Below, piece by piece: positions 33,950 through 42,302 of a DNA stretch of 64,000 nt (its first letter is position 1; every line of letters starts with the position of its first letter). The notes beneath the pieces are model-generated. The model did no database searches, was not told where the DNA came from, and saw only the letters and a program-made list of their open reading frames with translations. Both the position numbers and the translations under genes were made by a program. The stretch lies in NCBI RefSeq assembly GCF_055900595.2, contig NZ_CM148325.1, one strand, 5' to 3'.

Positions 33950-36949
33950 TTGATTGGCAAATTTCGTTTGTTACCGAAAAAATTAACCACAAAGAAAAAA
34001 CATGAATCCCAAAATGGACACGTCCACTTTTCTAATCCTAAACGAGCAGCCGACCATTTATTTAATAATTTTGATCTGATACCAGAGTTTCGTATTATTG
34101 GTGACTTCCCGGTTGATAGTCACATTATCTCTGCACTATGGATTAACATGGTCGGGCATAAATTTGATGCCAGCTTAGATAACTGTTGCTATGGCGCGCG
34201 GCTAAAGCGTATTCGTAATGATGAATTATTTAGCAATGAGCAGGATAATCCATTCCATATCAGTGCAGTGGGTTCTTTTAGCCCCTACTTCCAGCCCTAC
34301 CAAAAATGGCGTGGTGATGGCTTAAAAGCTATACGTGACGAGTTGGAAAAAGATCGTGACATTATCGCCGCCTCACTGGATTTAAAAAGTTACTATCATT
34401 TTATTGATCCACTGGCTATAACCTCTGATGATCTCTATAACACACTAAACATAAAACTGACTGAGGATGAAAAAGCGTTTACTGCACAGTTAGCAGTATT
34501 CTTAAAGCACTGGTCTGACGGCGCAGCGGCATTTGGAAAGAAAATAGCGTACAAAACACCTGTTATTAATGGTGGTCTGGTCATTGGATTAACAGCCAGT
34601 CGGATCATTTCAAATATATTGCTACACCATTGGGATAAATTAGTCATTGAAAAACTATCACCAATTCACTACGGTCGTTATGTCGATGATATGTTCCTTG
34701 TAATACGCGATACAGGGAAAATTACTAATAATCACGAATTTATGTTATTGCTGCAAGATAGGCTTGGCAATGATTGCGTTTATTTGAAAAACGAGCAAAA
34801 ACAAATATGGCAAATACAGCAGGGCGAGCATTTCCAGGGTAAGACCACCATCCAGTTACAATCCGATAAGCAAAAACTTTTCGTGCTTCAAGGGAGGGCT
34901 GGAATAGACCTGCTCGACAGTATCGAAAAGGAGATCTACGAGCTTTCTAGTGAACACCGCTTGATGCCTTCACCGGATCAACTGGAACACTCAACCGCAG
35001 CTAAAGTCCTTTCCGCTGCCGGTAGTGTAGGTGAAAATGCCGATACTCTGCGCCGTGCAGATGGATTAACCATTCGTCGTTTGGGCTGGTCACTGCAATT
35101 ACGCTACGTTGAAACACTGGCACGAGATCTGCCTCCAAGTGAATGGAAAGAACAGCGGGAAGAGTTTTATCAGTTTGCCTACAACCATATTCTTAGGGCT
35201 GATAATCTATTTGCACATTTTAGTTATCTGCCAAGGCTGCTTGGCTTTGCTATCAGTATGAATGAATGGCAGCACGCGGAAACAATTGTACTTAAAGCTT
35301 ACGAATCCATCAACCTGTTGGCATCGGTGATTACTTCAGGTAAGGAAGTGAATATAAATGGTTGCAAAACTCGAGCAGTAAATGATCTTTGGCGCTGTAT
35401 AAAAGGCACATTAAGCTGGCTATTTGTTGATGCAGCGACACGATATTACAGTCCTGACAGATTATTTCTTGATAAACGTTCAAAGAAAGAAGAGTGCCTT
35501 GCGGATACATTTTTTAATCATATTTCACAAAGTCTGACGAATCTAAAGGATTTACTGGATCTTCGCTTTGATTCAGCAGATTTTTATTTAAAAGCGCCAT
35601 TGGTAGCTCGAGCTGATTTAGCAAAGGAACCTTATAAACAGATCGTAAAGAGTCAGTCGGCAGAAAAACTTGTTAATCAGCGTGATAGTAAAAAAGAAGT
35701 TAAAATACTGAAATTAATGAGCGACTCATCGCTTATTGATATTGACGTTATTAAGCTATTTTTGAAATCAACCAAGAATACCCGACTGGAAAAAGTGGCT
35801 AAAGGAAATCGTAAGAACGAAAGTTACCTACCTTACATTTTCCCTACACGTCCTTTAACACCCGCTGAAATATCAGAACTGGCCCCCGAATGTGTTGGAT
35901 TACCCTCCACATCCGACAAAAAACCAGATGAGAGACCGTCCACCATTTGGGCAAAATATACTCAAGCATTACGCGGAGTATGGATCAAACCGACGTTGCT
36001 AGCATCGGAGCAGGACTCAGATGAAGCGACAAAAAAAGCTCGGCCTAAGAAATTCATTCATATTGGCACAGACAGGAAACATAAAGTTGTCGTTGCGCTA
36101 ACCAGCATTAAAACAGAGGAGGACGACTGGGCTAAAATGGCCTGCAATAAATCTAACTTGTCCCGTTCAAGGTACCAGCGGATTTCTGAACTGGTTAATG
36201 CAACATTGAAACTATCTCCTAAACCTGATTATGTTTTATTCCCTGAGCTTTCAATCCCGTTACGCTGGGTTAACAGTATTGCTGATCGTTTGAGTTCGGC
36301 GGGTATCAGTCTAATTGCGGGAACAGAATACCGCCACTTAGACGATAATCAACTGAAGAGTGAGGCCGTACTTGTCCTTTCAGATAACAGACTCGGCTAT
36401 CCAGCGAGTGTCAAAATATGGCAACCCAAGCTGGAACCCGCCGTAGGTGAAGATGAGGCATTATTTTCAACTTATGGTAAGTCTTGGGACTCGACACTTA
36501 ATGTTAAACAACGTAAGCCGGTATATATTCATCATGGCGTCAATTTTGGCGTTATGATTTGCTCTGAACTCCAGAATAGTAAAGCGAGGATCCGTTTTCA
36601 GGGCGCACTCGATGCATTAATGGTATTGAGCTGGAATAAAGATCTAGATACGTTTGCATCGTTGATTGAATCAGCAGCGCTGGATATTCATGCCTATACT
36701 ATTTTAGTGAATAACCGAAAATACGGCGATAGTCGCGTACGTTCCCCGGCAAAAGAACCCTTTATGCGTGATATTGCTCGTGTGAAGGGCGGTGATAATG
36801 ACTTTGTGGTCGCTGCAACGCTGGATATCGACTCGTTAAGGGCATTTCAGAGCAGGGCAAAACGCTGGCCTAAAGGCGGCGATAAATTCAAACCGTTACC
36901 TGAAGGATTCCAGTTGGCAAAGAACCGCAAAAAGCTACCGCCAAAATAA
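33950..36949 (+). CDS. Reverse transcriptase with C-terminal nitrilase (C-N hydrolase) domain; defence-associated RT, DRT type 1 / UG1-like; possibly 5'-truncated by IS1
   Basis: RT motifs in order: A (ASLDLKSYYHFID), B (GGLVIGLTASRIISNILL), C (YGRYVDDMFLV). C-terminus has a nitrilase-type Glu/Cys pattern (YVLFPELSIP ... GVMICSELQ). ORF begins at TTG 63 bp after IS1 and the frame is open into IS1. Confidence 0.8.
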   Translation: MIGKFRLLPKKLTTKKKHESQNGHVHFSNPKRAADHLFNNFDLIPEFRIIGDFPVDSHIISALWINMVGHKFDASLDNCCYGARLKRIRNDELFSNEQDNPFHISAVGSFSPYFQPYQKWRGDGLKAIRDELEKDRDIIAASLDLKSYYHFIDPLAITSDDLYNTLNIKLTEDEKAFTAQLAVFLKHWSDGAAAFGKKIAYKTPVINGGLVIGLTASRIISNILLHHWDKLVIEKLSPIHYGRYVDDMFLVIRDTGKITNNHEFMLLLQDRLGNDCVYLKNEQKQIWQIQQGEHFQGKTTIQLQSDKQKLFVLQGRAGIDLLDSIEKEIYELSSEHRLMPSPDQLEHSTAAKVLSAAGSVGENADTLRRADGLTIRRLGWSLQLRYVETLARDLPPSEWKEQREEFYQFAYNHILRADNLFAHFSYLPRLLGFAISMNEWQHAETIVLKAYESINLLASVITSGKEVNINGCKTRAVNDLWRCIKGTLSWLFVDAATRYYSPDRLFLDKRSKKEECLADTFFNHISQSLTNLKDLLDLRFDSADFYLKAPLVARADLAKEPYKQIVKSQSAEKLVNQRDSKKEVKILKLMSDSSLIDIDVIKLFLKSTKNTRLEKVAKGNRKNESYLPYIFPTRPLTPAEISELAPECVGLPSTSDKKPDERPSTIWAKYTQALRGVWIKPTLLASEQDSDEATKKARPKKFIHIGTDRKHKVVVALTSIKTEEDDWAKMACNKSNLSRSRYQRISELVNATLKLSPKPDYVLFPELSIPLRWVNSIADRLSSAGISLIAGTEYRHLDDNQLKSEAVLVLSDNRLGYPASVKIWQPKLEPAVGEDEALFSTYGKSWDSTLNVKQRKPVYIHHGVNFGVMICSELQNSKARIRFQGALDALMVLSWNKDLDTFASLIESAALDIHAYTILVNNRKYGDSRVRSPAKEPFMRDIARVKGGDNDFVVAATLDIDSLRAFQSRAKRWPKGGDKFKPLPEGFQLAKNRKKLPPK

Positions 36950-37111
36950 GAAACTGATTTTCGCTATTAATAATCAGGGTATTTTTGCGTGAGATGTCGG
37001 TAAACATGATGTAGCTCTTGCCACTCATGACCAATCGCAGTATCTTTCTCCCGCGTCTGCAAAATCAGGCGTCGGGATTAGCCTCCTGAAGAAATCTTAT
37101 CGGCGACACAT

Positions 37112-37132
37112 GACGCGCCAGCGTCTTTTTTT
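37112..37132 (+). terminator. Putative intrinsic terminator downstream of the RT-nitrilase gene
   Basis: GACGC-GCCA-GCGTC hairpin followed by TTTTTTT. Confidence 0.45.
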
Positions 37133-37295
37133 GTGTTGTTCGCACGGTTACACCTCAATGGTGGGCCGGGCGGGGGCGTCGCAAGACGCGCCAGTGTCCG
37201 ATAAGGCTGGTAAGGCTAACCCTGCCCGGTTCCACCACCCGCGAGATTAGCCTCTCCGGTGGTGGCTTGAACACCCACTTATCGGAGGTTGCCCT

Positions 37296-37766
37296 ATGGC
37301 TACAATCCTCACCACTGACAGCGATTTACTCGATCTATTGACCGTCCCCTTCAATGCCACCACGGATTTCACTGTCCTTGCTGACTACTGCGCCCGCTTT
37401 GCCGAAACCCTGATTGAAACCGACGATCCCGCGCTACGACTGGCGCTCTGCGGGCGGCTTCACGCGGCTCTTGCGCTATTGCAACCCACACTACACGACC
37501 CCATCCCACCGCATCTTACCGAAAGCCTGACCGTGGATACCCTTCCCGCCACACCAGAGCACTTTATTTCCGAACCTGATTCCTTGTGCGAATACTGCCT
37601 CGCACTACTCCAGCTTCTGCTGGAACGTCCGGCGGAACCAAAAATGGAGCAAACCCTGACCGGGCTGCTGTGTGAGCTGGTCTGGTATTTCACGGAAGGA
37701 CTCAAAGCCCCGCGCTGGATGCGTACCGCCGACGGCGTAAAATTTATCAGCGAGGTGGCCGCATGA
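37296..37766 (+). CDS. Hypothetical protein (156 aa), Leu/Ala-rich, acidic
   Basis: ORF preceded by GGAGG SD; no recognisable motif; stop overlaps the start of the ner-like remnant. Confidence 0.45.
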   Translation: MATILTTDSDLLDLLTVPFNATTDFTVLADYCARFAETLIETDDPALRLALCGRLHAALALLQPTLHDPIPPHLTESLTVDTLPATPEHFISEPDSLCEYCLALLQLLLERPAEPKMEQTLTGLLCELVWYFTEGLKAPRWMRTADGVKFISEVAA

Positions 37767-38103
37767 TGCAACAGGACTGGCATTCCGCCGACATTATTGC
37801 GGTGCTGAAAAAGCGGGGAACGCCTCTGGCGGCACAGAGAAAAACTCATTGCGGAAGCGCTGTAAATATCGCCAGAAATCATCTGGTCCTCAAGGTACTT
37901 TGATAGCAAAGGCAAGCTGGCTGGTTCAGTCCGGAGTCTCTCTTCTTGCACTTAAAGAGATGGGAGGATGGGAAACTCTCAAAAAGGTTCAGAGATACGC
38001 TCACCTTTCAGCCGGGCATCTCACCGAGCACGCAAGCAAAATCGGCACGATCATAAGTCGCAATGGCACAAATACGGCACAGGAGGAAGCGTGGTGTATT
38101 TAA
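37763..38103 (+). pseudogene. Frameshifted Ner/Nlp-like HTH gene fused to the 3' end of a tyrosine-integrase gene (deletion scar)
   Basis: Frame A reads MMQQDWHSADIIAVLKKRGTPLAAQ (Ner/Nlp-like N-terminus); frame B reads ...GPQGTLIAKA (Ner-like C-part) joined in frame to SWLVQSGVSLLALKEMGGWETLKKVQRYAHLSAGHLTEHA, a typical integrase C-terminus with the catalytic Tyr. Confidence 0.6.
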
Positions 38104-38121
38104 ATATGGGGTAACTACTTG

Positions 38122-38144
38122 ATTTAAATGGTGCGATAATAGGA
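38122..38144. repeat. Partial copy of the thrW 3' end: distal att repeat of the thrW-integrated element
   Basis: TTTAAATGGTGCGATAATAGGA matches TTTGAATGGTGCCGATAATAGGA at 58841-58863 (tRNA 3' end plus 6 bp) with 1 mismatch and 1 indel. Confidence 0.75.
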
Positions 38145-38205
38145 ACAATACACATAGGCGATAAGCTTTGTTTTTGTTGCCTTTTTTATTGTTCATTTTT
38201 TATAG

Positions 38206-38227
38206 ATACCCCCAAAAGTACCCCCAT
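38206..38227. repeat. Putative integrase arm-type site (ATACCCCCAAAAGTACCCCCAT), left end of element
   Basis: 22-mer differs by 1 nt from the copy at 58713-58734 near the int start; each holds two TACCCCCA half-sites. Confidence 0.45.
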
Positions 38228-38345
38228 ATCTTTTTCCGCCCCTGAAATTTGGTTGTTATTCATACAGCATATCAGGCGGTAACGCTCTCCCTTTAACCCA
38301 CTTATTGTATGATAGTGCTATCCCACAATAAGGAATCAGCCAGCC

Positions 38346-38705
38346 ATGAGAATGACCAGCCGTAAAAAAGAGATACTCAGTTATTTTGAGCCGGATAACC
38401 TAGAATGGGTGACAGGTGAGATTGGTGCGCCGCCGTTCGATGTGTCGGGCGTGGCCTACCTGCTTCATGGCATGGTGTCGTTCGATAAGCGCCACCAGCT
38501 CGAATCAACCCGGCGCACACTGGAAAGCATGGTTGCTGGTGGACTGCTTGAGCGGGTGACAGTGTATGAATCGCGTCAGGTACGGCGCGGCGGTGAGACT
38601 AACGCAACGGTCGTGCGCTACGGTTTACCCGGTCACTGCGCTGTTATGCGCGATACTGGCGGCGCTGATAACGCAATATCAGGCGAATACATGCGGGTCA
38701 GTTAA
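38346..38705 (+). CDS. Hypothetical protein (119 aa)
   Basis: ORF only; no recognisable motif. Confidence 0.35.
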   Translation: MRMTSRKKEILSYFEPDNLEWVTGEIGAPPFDVSGVAYLLHGMVSFDKRHQLESTRRTLESMVAGGLLERVTVYESRQVRRGGETNATVVRYGLPGHCAVMRDTGGADNAISGEYMRVS

Positions 38706-39240
38706 GAGCCTGCAATCTGTCGTTAATGTTGTTCAGGTCGTAAACCCGGCGTTCAATATCCAGCATCAGGAAATCGTGGATCTCGGCCTGTTCAGGATTA
38801 TCAGACTCTCTGGCCTGTAAGAGCAATTCATTGTAACCATGCAAACCACCCGAATTTTCCGCCGGGGTAGTGCCCTTCCCGCGCAAACAGCTAACAGGCT
38901 GGATACTGGTATCATGTGTTTGCTTCTCCAGCACAACAAGGCAATCCCACCAGTCGCCAAAGTCATACGTGTAAACCAGCTTGTCACCCTCATTCTGGAG
39001 CGCCGCCCATAGTGGCGTGATTGCCGCGTTACCCATGCTTTCATCCTCACCCCATACGCGATACTCGCTACCTGGATCACCTTTACGCCCTTTCTCGAAC
39101 ATATACAGGTGTTCGTCATTCCAGCCAAAAGCTAACTGGATCACGGCATGAAGTTTACTAAAGGGGATTTGCTCTGGAACCAGCACACGCCGCCATATTG
39201 GTGGTTTGCTGTCTCGGATGGTTATCTTTATCTGGTACAT
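38698..39240 (-). CDS. pRiA4b ORF-3-like family protein
   Basis: N-terminus MYQIKITIRDSKPPIWRRVLVPEQIPFSKLHAVIQLAFGWNDEHLYMF is the recalled hallmark of this family. Confidence 0.6.
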   Translation of the reverse strand: MYQIKITIRDSKPPIWRRVLVPEQIPFSKLHAVIQLAFGWNDEHLYMFEKGRKGDPGSEYRVWGEDESMGNAAITPLWAALQNEGDKLVYTYDFGDWWDCLVVLEKQTHDTSIQPVSCLRGKGTTPAENSGGLHGYNELLLQARESDNPEQAEIHDFLMLDIERRVYDLNNINDRLQALN

Positions 39241-39283
39241 GCGTCGTGAACCAATAGTGTACGTTTAGGTGGGTATTTTTCTG

Positions 39284-39718
39284 CTACTGACCAGGATAGA
39301 GCTGATGTGCCGGGTCAAGCCAGACAATATGGAATACATTACCGATGAAAAATCCATGTATGCGACCATATTCATTGCGCGATATGGCAAATTGATAAGG
39401 TGTATAACTCTGAAACTGTTCATTCAAATGCTGAAATCCCTTAGGTTCAGATGTAGTTTGCCAATCAATCGGATGTGACTTCAACGAACCACCGCGATCG
39501 GTGGTGAACTCTCGTTCAGTCATAGTGGAAAGGTCTTTGAGGCGGTCTAACACCTTGCAAAAATAAACAGGATTCTGAGCGCTGAAAGTAAATTTCTCAT
39601 GCGCCGCATCGATATACCGAAAAGAAAAGTTGATGGTCGTTATGCCTGAACCTGTTCCCCCAGGCACTATTTTTGTTTGCGAGGGTGCAATCTTCGACGC
39701 CCTGATTCTTTTCGCCAT
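39284..39718 (-). CDS. Hypothetical protein (144 aa) coupled to the Panacea-domain gene; candidate toxin/effector partner
   Basis: ATG 2 nt after the upstream stop with no SD of its own (translational coupling); no recognisable motif. Confidence 0.5.
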   Translation of the reverse strand: MAKRIRASKIAPSQTKIVPGGTGSGITTINFSFRYIDAAHEKFTFSAQNPVYFCKVLDRLKDLSTMTEREFTTDRGGSLKSHPIDWQTTSEPKGFQHLNEQFQSYTPYQFAISRNEYGRIHGFFIGNVFHIVWLDPAHQLYPGQ

Positions 39719-39720
39719 AT

Positions 39721-40176
39721 TTAGGAAGCCATCGAACGATAAAACTCAGCCGTTACACTTTTATCAATAACATTCTTGCACGGCGCATCTGATGGAACCC
39801 CTTCACGGGCCTCCAGCCACGGCTTTTCTTGGTGCGTCATCTGCTCCAGCTCATAAGCTGTATAACCGCCAAATACCTCATAGATTTCCTTTAGATGCTT
39901 TGACACATTCGCAGGTAACTCAGGGCAGGCAATCTCTTCGTCTATTGAGCGCCATTTGTAATCTGCAAATCTGGTATACAAATCTCTGGCTACAGGGCCA
40001 TGTACCCATGCTTCAAACTTGTCAGCAACCAGTTCTTCGCCATCATTCAGCGCCATGAACCAAGCATCAGCATAGAACACCATTTTTTGCAGTTTCAGCG
40101 GCGTCATAACATCCCCATGCTCTTGAGCAAAGCAAAGCAGGTAATCCGCTACGCTGTTAAGGGTTGTAACTGCCAT
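39721..40176 (-). CDS. Panacea-domain (DUF4065, SocA/GepA-like) protein; putative antitoxin
   Basis: AGGAG SD before ATG at 40176 (MAVTTLNSVADYLL...); LKLQKMVFYADAWFMALNDGEELV...FEAWVHGPV is characteristic of the domain. Longer ORF 39721-40407 is probably upstream read-through. Confidence 0.6.
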   Translation of the reverse strand: MAVTTLNSVADYLLCFAQEHGDVMTPLKLQKMVFYADAWFMALNDGEELVADKFEAWVHGPVARDLYTRFADYKWRSIDEEIACPELPANVSKHLKEIYEVFGGYTAYELEQMTHQEKPWLEAREGVPSDAPCKNVIDKSVTAEFYRSMAS

Positions 40177-40497
40177 TATCCAATCTCCTGCCGTATGTTT
40201 TCGTCTATAACTGTCCACTACCGTTAATAATCGCATATAACCACGGGTATTGCCCATCGTAAAATGCCATTTAAAGATTCTGCGTGATGGCTCACCATCC
40301 ACCGCGCAAGATACCCGGTGCGTTTGGCTGATAATCCGCAATTTGGTTGAAACCGTCCTGGAAACCTCAAGTTTGGAAACCAGCGACTTGCATCGTAGCT
40401 TTGCCATTCGGCGGTCATAGTTACTGCTATATCCCTTTATTGGCGAGACCTGCGAGAGGTTTTGTTGTTCGAATATATAAAGGTGAATAAAGGTAAT

Positions 40498-40683
40498 CTA
40501 CCTGCGCGGCGCAGGCTTCTTCCACTGGTAGGCGGGTGATCGCATCATTTCGCGAAATTTGTCACGCCGGGCTATATTGGCATTAACTGAGCGTTCTATC
40601 TCCCGTTGATCTGCCGGGGTTAGCTGGTGGCCTTCGTGCTCCAGTTTGGCGGTGGTCAATAAAGCTATTTCGCGTGGTGTCAT
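40498..40683 (-). CDS. Hypothetical small protein (61 aa)
   Basis: ORF only; charged, helical. Confidence 0.25.
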   Translation of the reverse strand: MTPREIALLTTAKLEHEGHQLTPADQREIERSVNANIARRDKFREMMRSPAYQWKKPAPRR

Positions 40684-40910
40684 ACGTCATACCCTCTGGA
40701 AGGATGAAACACGCCCGGATTAAATTTCATTTTTCGCGGGTATAAAAAAACGATGGGGCGGGCAGTCCCGGATAGTCAGGGCTGTAGAGATTTGACTACC
40801 CCCTCCCCACTGGATTCAGGTTACTGCTATTCCGTTAAGCGCTGCTTACGGGGATAGCTGCGTTGTGATTTTGACCATTCAGGTCGCCGCTATTTCCTCA
40901 CCGATTGGGT

Positions 40911-40942
40911 GCTACGCGCGCGCGTACTTGTCCCGAAATACC
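40911..40942. repeat. Copy 1 of a GC-palindrome motif (GCTACGCGCGCGCGTACTTGTCCCGAAAT)
   Basis: One of three same-orientation copies (with 42303 and 42589); core TACGCGCGCGTA is a perfect palindrome. Confidence 0.5.
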
Positions 40943-40980
40943 AGAAACCGCCAGCCAGAGGATGATTTCCCTCTGGTGGT

Positions 40981-41262
40981 CTACCTTTGCCTCTTGCCGC
41001 CATTTAACCGGAAGGCGTTACCGTTCGGTTGCGCTATCCCCATGCGGTGTTGCGTTTCGGTAACAGCTTTATGCAGGTCGCCAAATTCCTCAACCTTCAC
41101 GGGCGGGCGCTTCACGTTCTCCAGACACGTTTCACGGCGGCGCTTTATCCATTCCCGATCATCGTCCTCGCTGCATAACAGCATGACTTCCATCCATCGT
41201 GCGGCAGCTCTCCGGTATAGCCCTTTTGACACCAGCTCTTCAGCTTTCCTGTCCCTTATCAT
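40981..41262 (-). CDS. PerC-family transcriptional activator-like protein
   Basis: 93 aa; MIRDRKAEELVSKGLYRRAAARWMEVMLL matches the conserved PerC/Pch N-terminal signature (recalled). Confidence 0.55.
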   Translation of the reverse strand: MIRDRKAEELVSKGLYRRAAARWMEVMLLCSEDDDREWIKRRRETCLENVKRPPVKVEEFGDLHKAVTETQHRMGIAQPNGNAFRLNGGKRQR

Positions 41263-41295
41263 TTCTGCCTCTCAGATTATATAGATAAGCAAAAA

Positions 41296-41420
41296 GGTGT
41301 TGGTTCAGTTGGTTCAGTTGGTTCAATTTGTAAAGATCGTTGTTTTTATTATGTTTTTTCTAAAATATTGAACCAACATCAACTCATTTTGAACCAACAC
41401 AGCCCAGCTCTGAACCAACA
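41296..41420. repeat. Iteron array I: 3 direct + 3 inverted GTTGGTTCA repeats around an AT-rich spacer (origin-like)
   Basis: GGTGTTGGTTCAGTTGGTTCAGTTGGTTCAATTTGTAAAG ... TTGAACCAAC, TTGAACCAACAC, TGAACCAACA; the first 40 nt are the exact reverse complement of 49541-49580. Confidence 0.7.
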
Positions 41421-41521
41421 ACACAGCGATAGCTTTGTGATTGGCCCGTTATTTTCTGGCTGATATTTGAGCGTATAACAGTGTTATACAGTGATATACT
41501 GTATGGATATTACTCACTGAT

Positions 41522-41977
41522 ATGGTCTTTGCAATGAGCAAATCTAATCTGGTCGCGTTCCGCATCCCATCTGAATTGCAGGATGAGTTTAATCGGTCTG
41601 TTCTCGCTTCTGGAGGGGATAAAACCTCCTGGCTTGTTGATGCGATTCGCATGAAGCTGGGACAGCCGGAAAAGTCTATTGATTCACGAATGTTTGGGCT
41701 GGTGGAGCGCATGGAAAAAGCTGCTGCGTCGCTTATTGCCGGAAAGCCGAACATCCCACCAAAGCCATATAACGAAACGGCAGTTATAAAGATCATTGCC
41801 GATACCATCCGACAGGGATTTGATAATGGGCGTGTGATAGCTGAACGGATCAATGAAGCAGGCTATCAAACAAAAGCTGGTAAAGCGTGGGATAAAGATA
41901 TTTACAGCGCGTGGAAGCGTCAGGGAAGCAATGCTGAAAAGTTAAAAGCGGTGATTGATTGTAAGGTCAGCGTATAA
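41522..41977 (+). CDS. Hypothetical protein (151 aa)
   Basis: ORF just downstream of iteron array I; no recognisable motif. Confidence 0.4.
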   Translation: MVFAMSKSNLVAFRIPSELQDEFNRSVLASGGDKTSWLVDAIRMKLGQPEKSIDSRMFGLVERMEKAAASLIAGKPNIPPKPYNETAVIKIIADTIRQGFDNGRVIAERINEAGYQTKAGKAWDKDIYSAWKRQGSNAEKLKAVIDCKVSV

Positions 41978-42056
41978 ACATGAGTGCCCATTGGAAAGCT
42001 GCTTGGGCCAATACCTTTATACACCAGCAGGTGGTGACGATAGGTGAGGATCAGGA

Positions 42057-42278
42057 ATGAAAGGCAGAACGCCACACATTGAACATCAAGCCAACCACTT
42101 CTCGGATGTTCGCAATGAGATGATTGCCATTCGCGGTGATATGCACGGCTTGGAGCGTCGAATTATTGATAAGATTGATGAAAATAGAGATAAGGCCAGT
42201 GAAAATCAAAAGTGGATCATCGGCCTGTTGATTTTATCAATTCTTATCCCGCTACTTATCGCATTGGTCACAAAATGA
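42057..42278 (+). CDS. Small membrane-anchored protein (73 aa), XhlA/holin-like architecture
   Basis: Charged N-terminal helical segment then C-terminal TM helix (WIIGLLILSILIPLLIALV). Confidence 0.4.
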   Translation: MKGRTPHIEHQANHFSDVRNEMIAIRGDMHGLERRIIDKIDENRDKASENQKWIIGLLILSILIPLLIALVTK

Positions 42279-42302
42279 ATATCCAATGTGTATGCTGTCG
42301 AT

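Noticed and set aside
33950-36949. Whether the RT gene is a retron, group II intron or diversity-generating retroelement
   Set aside because: No structured msr/msd-like region upstream (IS1 is directly adjacent), no intron RNA domains or maturase region, no template/variable repeat pair; the fused nitrilase domain points to the defence-associated UG1/DRT1-type class.
37849-38103. 84-aa ORF as an independent gene
   Set aside because: Its translation is the C-terminal end of a tyrosine integrase joined to Ner-like sequence with no N-terminal catalytic domains; treated as part of a pseudogene.
39721-40407. Full-length 228-aa version of the Panacea ORF
   Set aside because: An AGGAG SD precedes the internal ATG at 40176 and the conserved domain begins there; the upstream 77 codons are basic low-complexity read-through. 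Kept as a possible N-terminal extension.
40865-41284. 139-aa plus-strand ORF overlapping the PerC-like gene
   Set aside because: Antisense to the PerC-like gene and spans GC-palindrome copy 1; Ser/Arg-rich with no SD.
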